Shown here piece after piece: positions 53,814-63,300 of a stretch of DNA of 64,000 nucleotides (its first letter is position 1; every line of letters starts with the position of its first letter). The notes under the pieces are model-generated. The model was given only the letters and a program-made list of their open reading frames with translations. It was not told the DNA's origin and ran no database searches. Source of the DNA: Bacteroidales bacterium. Its GTDB lineage: Bacteria > Bacteroidota > Bacteroidia > Bacteroidales > UBA3824. The position numbers and the translations under genes are program-made. The stretch spans positions 4,045 through 68,044 of the forward strand of contig JAFYDK010000088.1 of assembly GCA_017544805.1 (NCBI GenBank), written 5' to 3'.

Positions 53814-56054
53814 ATGGCTAAAACTGTAAAAGAGTTAACCCCGGTCGAAAAGGTTCTGCACCGAAAAGCTTATAGCGAGGAGGATACGGACAGAATGTTC
53901 GAACAGCTCATGGTGGGCGACCTCTATTTTAAGACTCCCGAAGATAAGGCTTTGGTACGTAAGGCCTATGCTTTGGCGCGTGATGTCTACAAAGGGCAGA
54001 AGCGTCAGACGGGAGACAGTTTTATATACCATTTGTTTGATGTAATGTCGATTGTAATTCAGGACATCGGCTTAGGTACGGTGGGTGCTGTTGCGGGACT
54101 TTTGCATGAAATCACGTTTCAGACCGATTACAAAAAAAGCGATATTACAAACCTTTTCGGCGAAAAAATCGCCAATATCGTAGATTCGCTTGTCAGAATA
54201 AAAGGTACGAGCGAATATTTTAAAGATTCAGAGCCAGAGGTTTATAAAAAAATTATTCTCGGTCTTACCAACGACATTAGAATTATTCTTATAAAACTCG
54301 CCGACAGATTAACAAACCTAAGAACGATGGAAATAAAATCTCGTGATTCACAATTTAAAGTGGCTTACGAGACGATGCAGATTTATGTTCCGCTTGCACA
54401 TCGTTTGGGTCTGAACAAAATAAAAACGGAATTGGAAAATCTTTCGTTTAAGTATCTCAACAGAGAGGAATACGCCAAAATTGATTCTCTGATGCAGATT
54501 TCCGAAAACGAAAGTATGCGTTATATCAATCAGTTTTGTTTGCCGATAATAGCAAAACTTGTTCAAAACGGGATAAAATTCGACATTAAAGGCCGTCCGA
54601 AAAGTATTTATTCCATTTATCAGAAAATGCAGAAAAAACACGTCAGTTTTGACGAGGTTTACGATAAATTTGCGGTGAGGATAATTTTTACGCCAGCCGA
54701 TCCCGAACACGAAAAACAAGAGTGTATGAAAATCGTAAAACTGCTTTCTGAGGATTATTATATTCACCCCGAAAGAACTCGTGATTGGATTACGGTTCCG
54801 AAAGAAAACGGTTATGAGGCTTATCATATTACGGTTTTTGACAACAAAACAAAACGTTGGGTTGAGATTCAAATCCGTAGCGAAAGAATGAACGAAATCG
54901 CTGAATACGGTTTTGCCTCGCATTGGAAATACAAAGGCATCAAGGACAAAAAAGCCGAATTCGACGATAAACTAAAACTCATAAAAGAAAAACTCGAAGA
55001 TCCCAACACAAGGAATTTCGATTTTCTTGAAGATTTCAAACTTTTGCTTTCCGATGAAATTTCGGTTTATTCTCCCGAGGGAAACGTTACGGCTTTGCCT
55101 TCAGGTGCAACGGTTTTGGATTATGCGTATTTCAAAGACCCTCAGACTGCCAAATCATGTATCGGTGCAAAAGTCAATCACAAGATGATGTCCATTTCTA
55201 CGAGGCTTCATAACGGCGACCTTGTAGAGCCCGTAACAAGTAATTACACCGAGCCTAAACCCGAATGGTTGAATATCGTTGCAACTCAAAAGGCTTACAA
55301 TATACTCAAGGAACAACTTCACGATTTTATAAAAGTGGAGATTGCTGAGGGGCAGAAGATTCTTAACTCTTTGTATACCAAGTATAAAGTTAAGAACGAA
55401 AAAGAAATTACGGGCAATCTTATGACAGAATTTTCGTGCCTTAACAAGACGGATTTGTATCATAAGATTTTCACTAACGGCATTGCTGCTAACGATTTGG
55501 AAAATGCCGTTAAAAAAGCCGTCGGAAACACTTTGGTAAGGTTTTGGAAACTTCAGTTCGGCGGTGCATCGCAAGAAAAGTCGGAGAATGACGTTAGAAA
55601 ATTTTTGAAAGACGACAACGGCGAAGTTAATTATCAGTTGGCGGAATGTTGTAACACTTTGCCCGGTGATGATGCCGTAGGAATTATTTCCGATGATAAA
55701 ACCTGTGTTTATATTCATAAAAAGAGTTGTCTTTACGCTCAAATGAAAGTAAAAGAGCAACCTTTATGTTTAATTCCCGTAAGTTGGAAAGTATCTCAAG
55801 AGGCTTCGGGAATTGCTAAAATTAATTTGGAAGGCGTTAACAGAAAAGGTATTGCTCAAAAAATAATAACGGTTATCTCTCAAGAACTTGATCTGAATTT
55901 GAAAATGGTTCATATTGAGACTGATGATTGCAGTTTTTCCGGACAGTTGGAGATTTTTGTCAGAAGTCAAGAACATCTTGAAAAACTTGTAAATAAACTT
56001 TCCACTATCGAAGGCATTCTAAATATAATGGTGGAAGGCGAAGAAATATATTAA
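53814..56054 (+). CDS. relA: RelA/SpoT-homolog (RSH) long (p)ppGpp synthetase; hydrolase-domain signature degenerate
   Basis: Synthetase blocks are GRPKSIYSIYQKMQKK, YDKFAVRIIF and EIQIRSERMNEIAEYGFASHWKYK. A TGS-like region (VYSPEGNVTALPSGATVLDYAY) and a C-terminal ACT-like region follow. The HD region reads LLHEITFQ rather than LLHD..ED. Confidence 0.9.
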   Translation: MAKTVKELTPVEKVLHRKAYSEEDTDRMFEQLMVGDLYFKTPEDKALVRKAYALARDVYKGQKRQTGDSFIYHLFDVMSIVIQDIGLGTVGAVAGLLHEITFQTDYKKSDITNLFGEKIANIVDSLVRIKGTSEYFKDSEPEVYKKIILGLTNDIRIILIKLADRLTNLRTMEIKSRDSQFKVAYETMQIYVPLAHRLGLNKIKTELENLSFKYLNREEYAKIDSLMQISENESMRYINQFCLPIIAKLVQNGIKFDIKGRPKSIYSIYQKMQKKHVSFDEVYDKFAVRIIFTPADPEHEKQECMKIVKLLSEDYYIHPERTRDWITVPKENGYEAYHITVFDNKTKRWVEIQIRSERMNEIAEYGFASHWKYKGIKDKKAEFDDKLKLIKEKLEDPNTRNFDFLEDFKLLLSDEISVYSPEGNVTALPSGATVLDYAYFKDPQTAKSCIGAKVNHKMMSISTRLHNGDLVEPVTSNYTEPKPEWLNIVATQKAYNILKEQLHDFIKVEIAEGQKILNSLYTKYKVKNEKEITGNLMTEFSCLNKTDLYHKIFTNGIAANDLENAVKKAVGNTLVRFWKLQFGGASQEKSENDVRKFLKDDNGEVNYQLAECCNTLPGDDAVGIISDDKTCVYIHKKSCLYAQMKVKEQPLCLIPVSWKVSQEASGIAKINLEGVNRKGIAQKIITVISQELDLNLKMVHIETDDCSFSGQLEIFVRSQEHLEKLVNKLSTIEGILNIMVEGEEIY

Positions 56055-56067
56055 AATCATAAAAACA

Positions 56068-56757
56068 ATGGCAGAAATACCACAAGAATTATGTAATACG
56101 TGTTTTTTTAAACAAGGTTTGTGCAAAGGACTTTCGGAAGACGAGTTCCGCTCGTTGTTTTCTCAGACCAAACAATATACGTATAAAAAAGGCGAAACTA
56201 TATTTAAACAAGGTGCTAAATGTACCGAATTGATATTTTTGACGAGCGGAACAGTGAAATTTGTCAGCAGCAGCAACGGCAGAGAACTTATTGTTGCAAT
56301 TGACAAAGCCCAAACCTTGCTCGGTCTTGCAAACGTTCTCAACGAAGATGTCAATCTTTTTACGATTATTGCAATAGATGAATGTCGCGGTTGTGCTATT
56401 AATCTCAACAGATTCAAATTATATGCGCTTTCCAATAGGAAATTTTTGTTTGAGATAATGAGTCTTTCAACACAGATGTTCAGAGATGCGATTTTCAATT
56501 TTATTTCCGTTGCCCGCAAACAAAGTAACGGTAGGATAGCGGATGTTTTGCTTTATCTTTCCGATAAGATTTATCAGAGTAAATCTTTTAACATCGGACT
56601 CTCACGACAAGAGCTTGCTGATTATGCCGGTTGTAGTAAAGAGCAGTTAATCCACACGTTAAGAACATTTACAAGCGATGGTATAATTTGGGTCAGCGGC
56701 AAGAAAATCGAAATTTTGGATCGTGATAAATTATTGACAATCAGTAGAGTGGGATAA
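56068..56757 (+). CDS. Crp/Fnr-family transcriptional regulator with N-terminal Cys cluster
   Basis: cNMP-binding-like beta-roll (YKKGETIFKQGAKCTELIFLTSGTVKF) and a C-terminal HTH (LSRQELADYAGCSKEQLIHTLRTF). The N-terminus has C9-x2-C12-x6-C19, plus C106/C109. Confidence 0.85.
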   Translation: MAEIPQELCNTCFFKQGLCKGLSEDEFRSLFSQTKQYTYKKGETIFKQGAKCTELIFLTSGTVKFVSSSNGRELIVAIDKAQTLLGLANVLNEDVNLFTIIAIDECRGCAINLNRFKLYALSNRKFLFEIMSLSTQMFRDAIFNFISVARKQSNGRIADVLLYLSDKIYQSKSFNIGLSRQELADYAGCSKEQLIHTLRTFTSDGIIWVSGKKIEILDRDKLLTISRVG

Positions 56758-56769
56758 AGTTTTTTTACT

Positions 56770-57237
56770 TTATTCCCATTCTTCAACTGAAAATTCTCCG
56801 CCTAAGTTGTCCACATAAAAAATCTCGGAAAAACCTTCGTTGAAAGACGGAAGTTCGATTATTTGCGCCATATCGGTAATTTTTTTGTCGGGGACGGCGT
56901 TAGGACGTTTTCTGTTGCGTAAAATACATTCACGTGTTACACTGCAAAAATATAGTGCTGTAATTTCATAACCGTTTTTTTTGAGGATTTCGATAAAAGG
57001 TTTACGGTCTTTTTTCGTGATATTAGTTCCGTCAATTACAAAAGGTAATTTTTCATTGCATAAATTTTGTACGCTTTGCTGCGTTCTTCTTGAATTTTTT
57101 TCTTCGAGAGAAAGCCTTGCGATGTTTTTCAAATACATCGTAACAAAAGTTGTTTTGCCGGTTGCATAAACGCCTATAAGAATTATTGCTTTTTTGCCCG
57201 AAGGCATTATTTTTTTTGAAATTATTTCTTCTTCCAT
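56770..57237 (-). CDS. Small P-loop kinase-like ATPase (AAA_33 / polynucleotide-kinase-like)
   Basis: Walker A reads LIGVYATGKTTF, the VIDGTN motif follows, and a later R-rich lid-like segment reads ILRNRKRPNAVPDKKI. Length is 155 aa. Confidence 0.6.
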   Translation of the reverse strand: MEEEIISKKIMPSGKKAIILIGVYATGKTTFVTMYLKNIARLSLEEKNSRRTQQSVQNLCNEKLPFVIDGTNITKKDRKPFIEILKKNGYEITALYFCSVTRECILRNRKRPNAVPDKKITDMAQIIELPSFNEGFSEIFYVDNLGGEFSVEEWE

Positions 57238-57257
57238 AATAAAATTTTTCTAAAGGA

Positions 57258-57265
57258 CAAAGGTA
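57258..57265 (-). promoter_or_regulatory. Candidate -7 box (TACCTTTG on minus strand) for P-loop kinase gene
   Basis: The + strand reads CAAAGGTA, 21 nt upstream of ATG 57237. Confidence 0.35.
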
Positions 57266-57298
57266 ATCATTTTTTTTGTAATTCAAAGAAAAATATTC

Positions 57299-57306
57299 TA
57301 CATTTG
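57299..57306 (+). promoter_or_regulatory. Candidate -7 box TACATTTG with -33 TTTG at 57275..57278
   Basis: TAnnTTTG match 37 nt upstream of ATG 57343. A TTTG lies 20 nt upstream, which is near-consensus spacing. Confidence 0.5.
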
Positions 57307-57342
57307 TCATATAAAAAATACCATTAAATCTTATAAAAAAAT

Positions 57343-59874
57343 ATGAAAAAGACTTATATCTTAACCGCTATGCTGACGGGTTTGTCTATGTTTTGGGGCT
57401 GTTCGTCAAATCCTAATACGCAGCAACAACAATCAAACACTACTGAAGCCCAACAGCCAAAATTAGAGCCTCAGAGCAGTATTTCTGAGGATACACTTCC
57501 TGATAGAATTGATATAGATTTTTTCGGGAGCAATACCGATTACAAAAAAGACATTGATTTTTCCAAAGTTAGTCTTAACGGTTGCAATTATCAGCAGCTG
57601 AGAATTTTGAAAGCATATCCTTATGCCCTTCATGGTTTTTGGTTTAAGGAGAGTGATATTAATGCGTTTTTTTCAAACCGTACGCAGTGGTATGAAAAAT
57701 CCGTTGAAGAAAGGTATTTTTCTCCTGCTTCTGAAAATGACGACGAGTATTGGAAAACTATGGAGGCGTATTGGAAGACTTGGAACGAGGATTATTACTC
57801 TTTGATGAATCAAATTCAGCTTTCTGATGCGCAGAAAGATTTTGTAAAACGGGTTACAGAGAAAATGTCAGAAATGGAAAAAAATAAATATTTCTCTCAA
57901 AATTCTCTTTCTTTAGGCAATCCGGATTTACTTGTAAATTCACATCAGTTTAGTGATTTATATGCAGGTAAAAACAAGAAAATGAAGAATTTGTTGGAAA
58001 AATATAATATTTGCTTTTCTTCAACTAAATCAGAACAGTTGTTTGCTATTTATGAGGACAACGATTATCATTGTATTCCTAATTTTATTACGACGGATGT
58101 TTATCTTCAGGCTTTTCACATGTTTTTTGATTATGCCTTGAAATCGGTGGAAATTAACGGAATTATTCCGAGGCTTGAAAAATTTTATACGGCAATGCAC
58201 GATTTTGCCGCTAAACAAACCGAAGAGGAAAATGCTGAATTTTATGATTTTGCATCATTATATTTTGCGATTGCGAATTATCAATTAACAGGTAAAAATT
58301 TATCGTTAAAGCCTCAGCAAAAAAACGATTACAATGCTGAAAACGAATTGATAATGAAAGCCGAAGATGATTTTTCACCGTCATTGGAATTGAAAGTTAA
58401 ATTTCCGTATTCGCTTTTTAAACCGCGCGGACATTATACCAGAAATGAAACTTACAAAAAATATTTCCGTTCGATGATGTGGATTGAAACGGCAAGTTTT
58501 GAATTTTCAGACGAAAAAGCCTTAAAGCGTTCTATTACAATGGCTTATATTTTCTCTAAAATAGGGCAGAAGGAACGTCAAGGAATGAAAGAAACTGACA
58601 ATACGCTTTCGTTTTTGATGGGCGAGCCCGATAATTTTTCGATTGTAAAACTTTCGGATTATATTTCAGAAAAATATTCAAACGCTTCATTGACGGAGCT
58701 TTTTAATAATTCGCAATTGAAAACTTGGATTAAAAAACAGTTTGAAGTTTGCAACAGAGTAAAACCTAAAGTTGAAGTCTCTGATCCTGATAAAATCAAT
58801 TTTATGCCGCAGCGTTATACTGTGGACGGTGAAATTCTTTCAAAAATGTTTGATGAAAAACCGAATTCTCAAAGACCTTTCCCGAGGGGGTTGGATGTTT
58901 TTGACGCATTAGGTTTTTCTCCGGCTACAAGTTTGCTTGATACACTTTATAAGGATTCTGAGAAATGGAAGGATTACGGAAAATATCGCGCTGAAGTAAA
59001 AAATACTTTTAAGAATTATCAAGGTTGGTCAAATTCCAATTATAACAAGTGGATGGAAGTGTTGTTATCGCTTCAAAACACCGATTCTAAACAACCTGAT
59101 TATATGAAAACTTCAGCATGGGGAGTCAAAAATATGGTTTCGGCTTTGGCTTCATGGTCGGAATTGAAACACGACGCCATTCTTTACGCAGAACAACCGA
59201 TGGGAGCGGAATGCGGCGGCGGAGAAGATTTACCATCGCCTATAATTGTCGGATATGTTGAACCTAACGTAAAATTTTGGTCAAAGCTTTTGGAATGTAT
59301 CGACCTTTTGAAAGTTAATTTGAAAAAGTTTGACCTTATGAACAGCGAACTTGATAACCGTATCGAAGAACTTACGGATCAAGTTACGTTTTGTAAGACA
59401 ATCGCAGAAAAGGAACTTTCAAAACAGAAAATTACTGATGACGAATATGGTCAAATAAGGGTTATCGGTTCAACGCTTGAATATTTTACGCTTTCGGTTT
59501 TGGACCCGAACGAAAGTTTTGATAGTTGGAATTTGGTAACGGGTGCTGACAAAAAGGTTGCTGTTGTGGCTGACGTTTTTACACGTAATATTATGGGTTG
59601 TGATAAGTGCGGTATACTTTACGAAGCTGTCGGCAATCCTAACATTATTTACGTTGTTGTGGAGCTTGACGGACAGCTTTATTTAACACGCGGAGCAACT
59701 TTTAGTCATTATGAATTTGTCCGTCCTTTGGGCGATCGTTTAACTGACGAGCAGTGGCAAAAGCTTCTTGAAGATCAGGCAAATAAACCTTCTCAGTCAG
59801 AATGGTTTGCACCGCTTTTGATTGAGGACAATGTCAAAGTCAATGAAAATTACATTTATTCTTCAGGCTGTTAA
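57343..59874 (+). CDS. Lipoprotein with YARHG-like domain followed by a large DUF3160-like region
   Basis: Lipobox LSMFWGCSS. LRILKAYPYALHGFWFKESDINAFF resembles the YARHG motif (..YARHGY.F). The long C-terminal region (FMPQRYTVDGEIL, SWSELKHDAILYAEQPMGAECGGG) recalls DUF3160 proteins, recognised from memory only. Confidence 0.6.
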   Translation: MKKTYILTAMLTGLSMFWGCSSNPNTQQQQSNTTEAQQPKLEPQSSISEDTLPDRIDIDFFGSNTDYKKDIDFSKVSLNGCNYQQLRILKAYPYALHGFWFKESDINAFFSNRTQWYEKSVEERYFSPASENDDEYWKTMEAYWKTWNEDYYSLMNQIQLSDAQKDFVKRVTEKMSEMEKNKYFSQNSLSLGNPDLLVNSHQFSDLYAGKNKKMKNLLEKYNICFSSTKSEQLFAIYEDNDYHCIPNFITTDVYLQAFHMFFDYALKSVEINGIIPRLEKFYTAMHDFAAKQTEEENAEFYDFASLYFAIANYQLTGKNLSLKPQQKNDYNAENELIMKAEDDFSPSLELKVKFPYSLFKPRGHYTRNETYKKYFRSMMWIETASFEFSDEKALKRSITMAYIFSKIGQKERQGMKETDNTLSFLMGEPDNFSIVKLSDYISEKYSNASLTELFNNSQLKTWIKKQFEVCNRVKPKVEVSDPDKINFMPQRYTVDGEILSKMFDEKPNSQRPFPRGLDVFDALGFSPATSLLDTLYKDSEKWKDYGKYRAEVKNTFKNYQGWSNSNYNKWMEVLLSLQNTDSKQPDYMKTSAWGVKNMVSALASWSELKHDAILYAEQPMGAECGGGEDLPSPIIVGYVEPNVKFWSKLLECIDLLKVNLKKFDLMNSELDNRIEELTDQVTFCKTIAEKELSKQKITDDEYGQIRVIGSTLEYFTLSVLDPNESFDSWNLVTGADKKVAVVADVFTRNIMGCDKCGILYEAVGNPNIIYVVVELDGQLYLTRGATFSHYEFVRPLGDRLTDEQWQKLLEDQANKPSQSEWFAPLLIEDNVKVNENYIYSSGC

Positions 59875-59905
59875 AAGAGAAAAGTTTTTTTCTTGATAAA
59901 ATAAA

Positions 59906-59958
59906 AGAAACACGTTTCAGCAAATTTTTATAACTAAAAATGTTGAAACGTGTTTTTT
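59906..59958. terminator. Bidirectional rho-independent terminator
   Basis: A 15-bp stem AAACACGTTTCAGCA / TGTTGAAACGTGTTT (one G-U) with an 18-nt loop, followed by T6 on the + strand and T-rich sequence on the minus strand. Confidence 0.65.
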
Positions 59959-60183
59959 ATTTCGTTACCTTTTGACAAATAGCATCTTCACAATCCCAAG
60001 GATATAGTTCTACAAAAAGTTTTTTCGGCGGTTATTTTGTCAAAAATGCTGACATCTTTTTTGAAAATCAAATCTTTCTTTTCATCAACAAGATTGGAGA
60101 GTTGTTTGGTTTTGTTTTGCACCTCCTCCGCACGAAAATAATGTCAATGCCGAAAAAGATAAAATTGAAAGTGTTTTTTTCAT
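59957..60183 (-). pseudogene. Probable small lipoprotein gene interrupted by two frameshifts
   Basis: ATG at 60183 gives MKKTLSILSFSALTLFSCGGGAKQNQTTLQSC then a stop. The +1 frame continues open with KQLSNLVDEKKDLIFKKDVSIFDKITAEKTF.... A third frame finishes KKLFVELYPWDCEDAICQKVTK then a stop at 59957. Both frame switches lie at A/T homopolymer runs. Confidence 0.35.
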
Positions 60184-60306
60184 GTTGTATGTGATTTAAA
60201 ATTGTTATTAACCGTAAATATAAAAAAATTAAATAAAAAATCCCCAAAACATACTTTTTTTGTGAGTTTTGGGGATTTTCCTTAAAAGGAATTACAGTGA
60301 TATTTT

Positions 60307-63300
60307 TTATTCTACTTCAGCAGTGCTGCCTTTGGTTTTTGCAAAAATCTTGTTGTCTTTGAGGTTTTCGCAAACTATGCCGGGCAAATAATAACTACCT
60401 TTATAAGCGGCAACAAGTTGTGTTTTGAAGGTTATCGAACCTTTGGGATTCAACGTGAAATACGTGAATTTCTTGTCATCTCTAATATCGGTAAAGTTGA
60501 TGCTGTATTTGCGTCTGTAATAGTAGTCGTCATCCTCGTCATCATCGCTGCCGGAATCGCTGACAATGTTGTTGTCAATTTCCCAACCTGAAGCGTACAT
60601 TTCTGTGATTACCAAATCGTTAATGTATTCGTCAGATGGGTTTTTAATCGTAACGATGGAAGTAAATTCCGTGCCTTGTTTTATGTTTTTGGGTGAAATT
60701 TCTTTGCCTGAGGCATCAACATATTTTACGGAACATGTTATAATAGAATTTTCAGCTTTTTCTTGACCGACTTCGGGAATACCGCTGTTGGTTAATTCCA
60801 CATAAAGATCGCCGCTGCTGTTGTTGGTAAATGTCAAAACTTGTTTACCTGTTTCGGTAAATTTCAAATCTCCCGAATAGAAAAGTTTTTCGGTTTTAAC
60901 ATCTTTTGCCGCTTGAGAATTAAATTTGTAATTGCAATTTATTTCTTTGGCTTGTTTGTACTTTTCAAAGTATTTTCCAAGTGCAAAAATCGACATTGAT
61001 TCGTAATGCAATAACGCCCAATAATTCTCTGAGGTAAGTTCCAAAGAAAGATTTCTTGCTATCGTAAAGGCTTTTTCTCTTTCGCCTAATTCGCACAATG
61101 TCAATAACATAGAAGTCTTATCATAATACCTGTTTTCTACGGGGATAGTATTGATAAGAGATTTTCCTGTTTCGGCTTTTCCGCTCAAAGCGTATGCCGC
61201 AGCCAAATAGATTTTGGCATCGTCCGTTAAGTTTTTCTGTTGTTTTAGACGGTTCATCTGACCTGTAAGTGCCTCGTTGTTAAGTGTTAAAGTGTAAAGC
61301 CTATAAGCTTGCGACGAATAACTTTCTCTATTGTCGGCAGTCCAACCCTCGGCTTTGGCTTTTTGATATTTTTTCCACTTATCGAAGAAGTCTTTTTTAA
61401 CGGAATATCCCGCTTTTTTGGCCTCAGCCATAAAGTGTCCCGTATAATTTGTAATCCAAACGTCGGTGTAGTTATAATTTCTCCAGTAACTCAAACCGCC
61501 GCTTGAGGCTTGATAAGAATAAATCTTTTCGATTGATTTGCGGATTATGCTTTCGATTGAATCTTTTTTAGCGGCAGTCATATCGCTTAGTTTGTCAGCA
61601 TAAAGCATTGCAAAACCGCGGCTTACGATACTTTCCAATGATTCGTAAGGATAAGTGTTAATCTCGGTTAAATGGTAATCCAAATTCATCGGCAGCACAC
61701 CGCAGACGTTGATTTGTCCCGTATTGGTATTTGCTCTTCCGATAGCATCAAACTCAATATCAACGGTTTCGCCTTTCTTAACGAGTCTTTGCCAGCTGTG
61801 CGTTGTTTTAACGTTTGGCTGACGGATTTCAACGTCAAGTTTTATCGTGGATTTGTGCGAACCTGAAACGGCCGTTATTTCAACCGTACCTATACCGGGA
61901 GTGTCAGCGGTTTTGAGTTGAAATTCGGGGTTTTGTTCGCCTTTGCCGCTGAAAGTAAGCTGTTTAGAGTTTTCTCCCTCAAGAGTAAATCCGTTAGAGG
62001 CTTTTACCGTGATATTAACGTTTTTGATGTTGTCTTCGCCCGTGAAAACGGTTACGGGGAGAACAAATTTCTCCGAAGTGCTTAACAATCTGGGCGTTGT
62101 AGCATATAGCATTAACGGTTTGCTAACGATGGAGGTTTTTTCGGCAGAACCGAAAGCCTTTCCGTTGCCGGCAACAACCATTGTGCGGACAGAGCCGATA
62201 TATTTAGGCATTTTAATAGTGTGAGTACGTTTTTTGCCGTCGTAGGTAAACGGTCCTAAAAATGCAACTACGCTTTCAAAATTGTTTGCTTTTTTCTTTC
62301 CTTGTTCCGAACTGCTTTCGTCATCACCACCGATTGAAAAAATCCTTTCTATTTTGCCGCCGAATGCTCCGATAACATTATCAAACATATCAAAGGTTCT
62401 AACGTTAAGACTCGGACGAGAGTAGAATGTTTTCCAAGCGTCAGGCGTTTGGAAATGTGTTAAATCCAACAAACCATCATCAACTACGGCAATGGTGTAA
62501 GTCATTGATTTGTTGCTCTTTTCAGAAACCGTGATATGAACCTCGGATTCTGCTTCGATTTTTTCGGGCATTGAAATTTCGGGTTGAAGTTTTGTTTTTT
62601 CGTCTTCAACATTTATCGGCAAAACACCGTACATTCTTATAGGCAAATCATTAACAGTCTGACCGTGAGGCTGTAAAAGCGTTACAAAAACGTATGCGCC
62701 CGGAATCATCTTTTCGTCAGTCTGAAACTGAAATTCTGTATTTCCGGCTTTAGCATCAACCCATTGACTTCTAAGCACTTTTGACGCACTTTCAATCGAA
62801 ATCAAAGCACGGCTGTCTTCAGGAGCGGGAATATTGATTTTAACCGTTTCGCCTACGTTGTAAGTGGTTTTGTCCGATGTTAATTCGATAACGGTCGTAC
62901 CTTGACTCATCATCGGACTTCTGCCGAAACTTTCGGGCCAGTCCATATAGAAAATTTCTGATGAGGTATTTCCTGTTTCCAAATCTGTTGCTTCAATCAT
63001 GTAACGTCCCCAATCGGGATATTTTACTTTGAAATTATAAGAGGCTCTTCCGCTGATATTCAGAGTATCGCCTTGAAGAATTTCAGTGTCATAATTTGAG
63101 ATGTAATTATTGGAATCGTACCAATACTGCCATTTGAGTTTGTAAAGTTTAACGGCAATTCTGTGGTTTTTCGTATCTAATTTTCCGTAAGTATCAACGG
63201 CAACCAAATCCACTTTATAATCTTTATCAACCTCAAGACACCAACGGTCGGTTTGCGGCATTCTGATACCGAAATAATAATCGTACGGATACAAATCTAT

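Noticed and set aside
54348-55760. 191-aa and 201-aa minus-strand ORFs antisense to the RSH gene
   Set aside because: They are embedded in a CDS with unambiguous RelA/SpoT synthetase motifs. The antisense translations are F/N/I-rich with no recognisable features.
56770-57237. Small P-loop kinase as a zeta-toxin-like toxin of a TA pair
   Set aside because: There is no small upstream or downstream antitoxin ORF. The gene stands alone, convergent with the Crp/Fnr gene at a 12-nt gap. The motifs fit a generic AAA_33/PNK-like kinase equally well.
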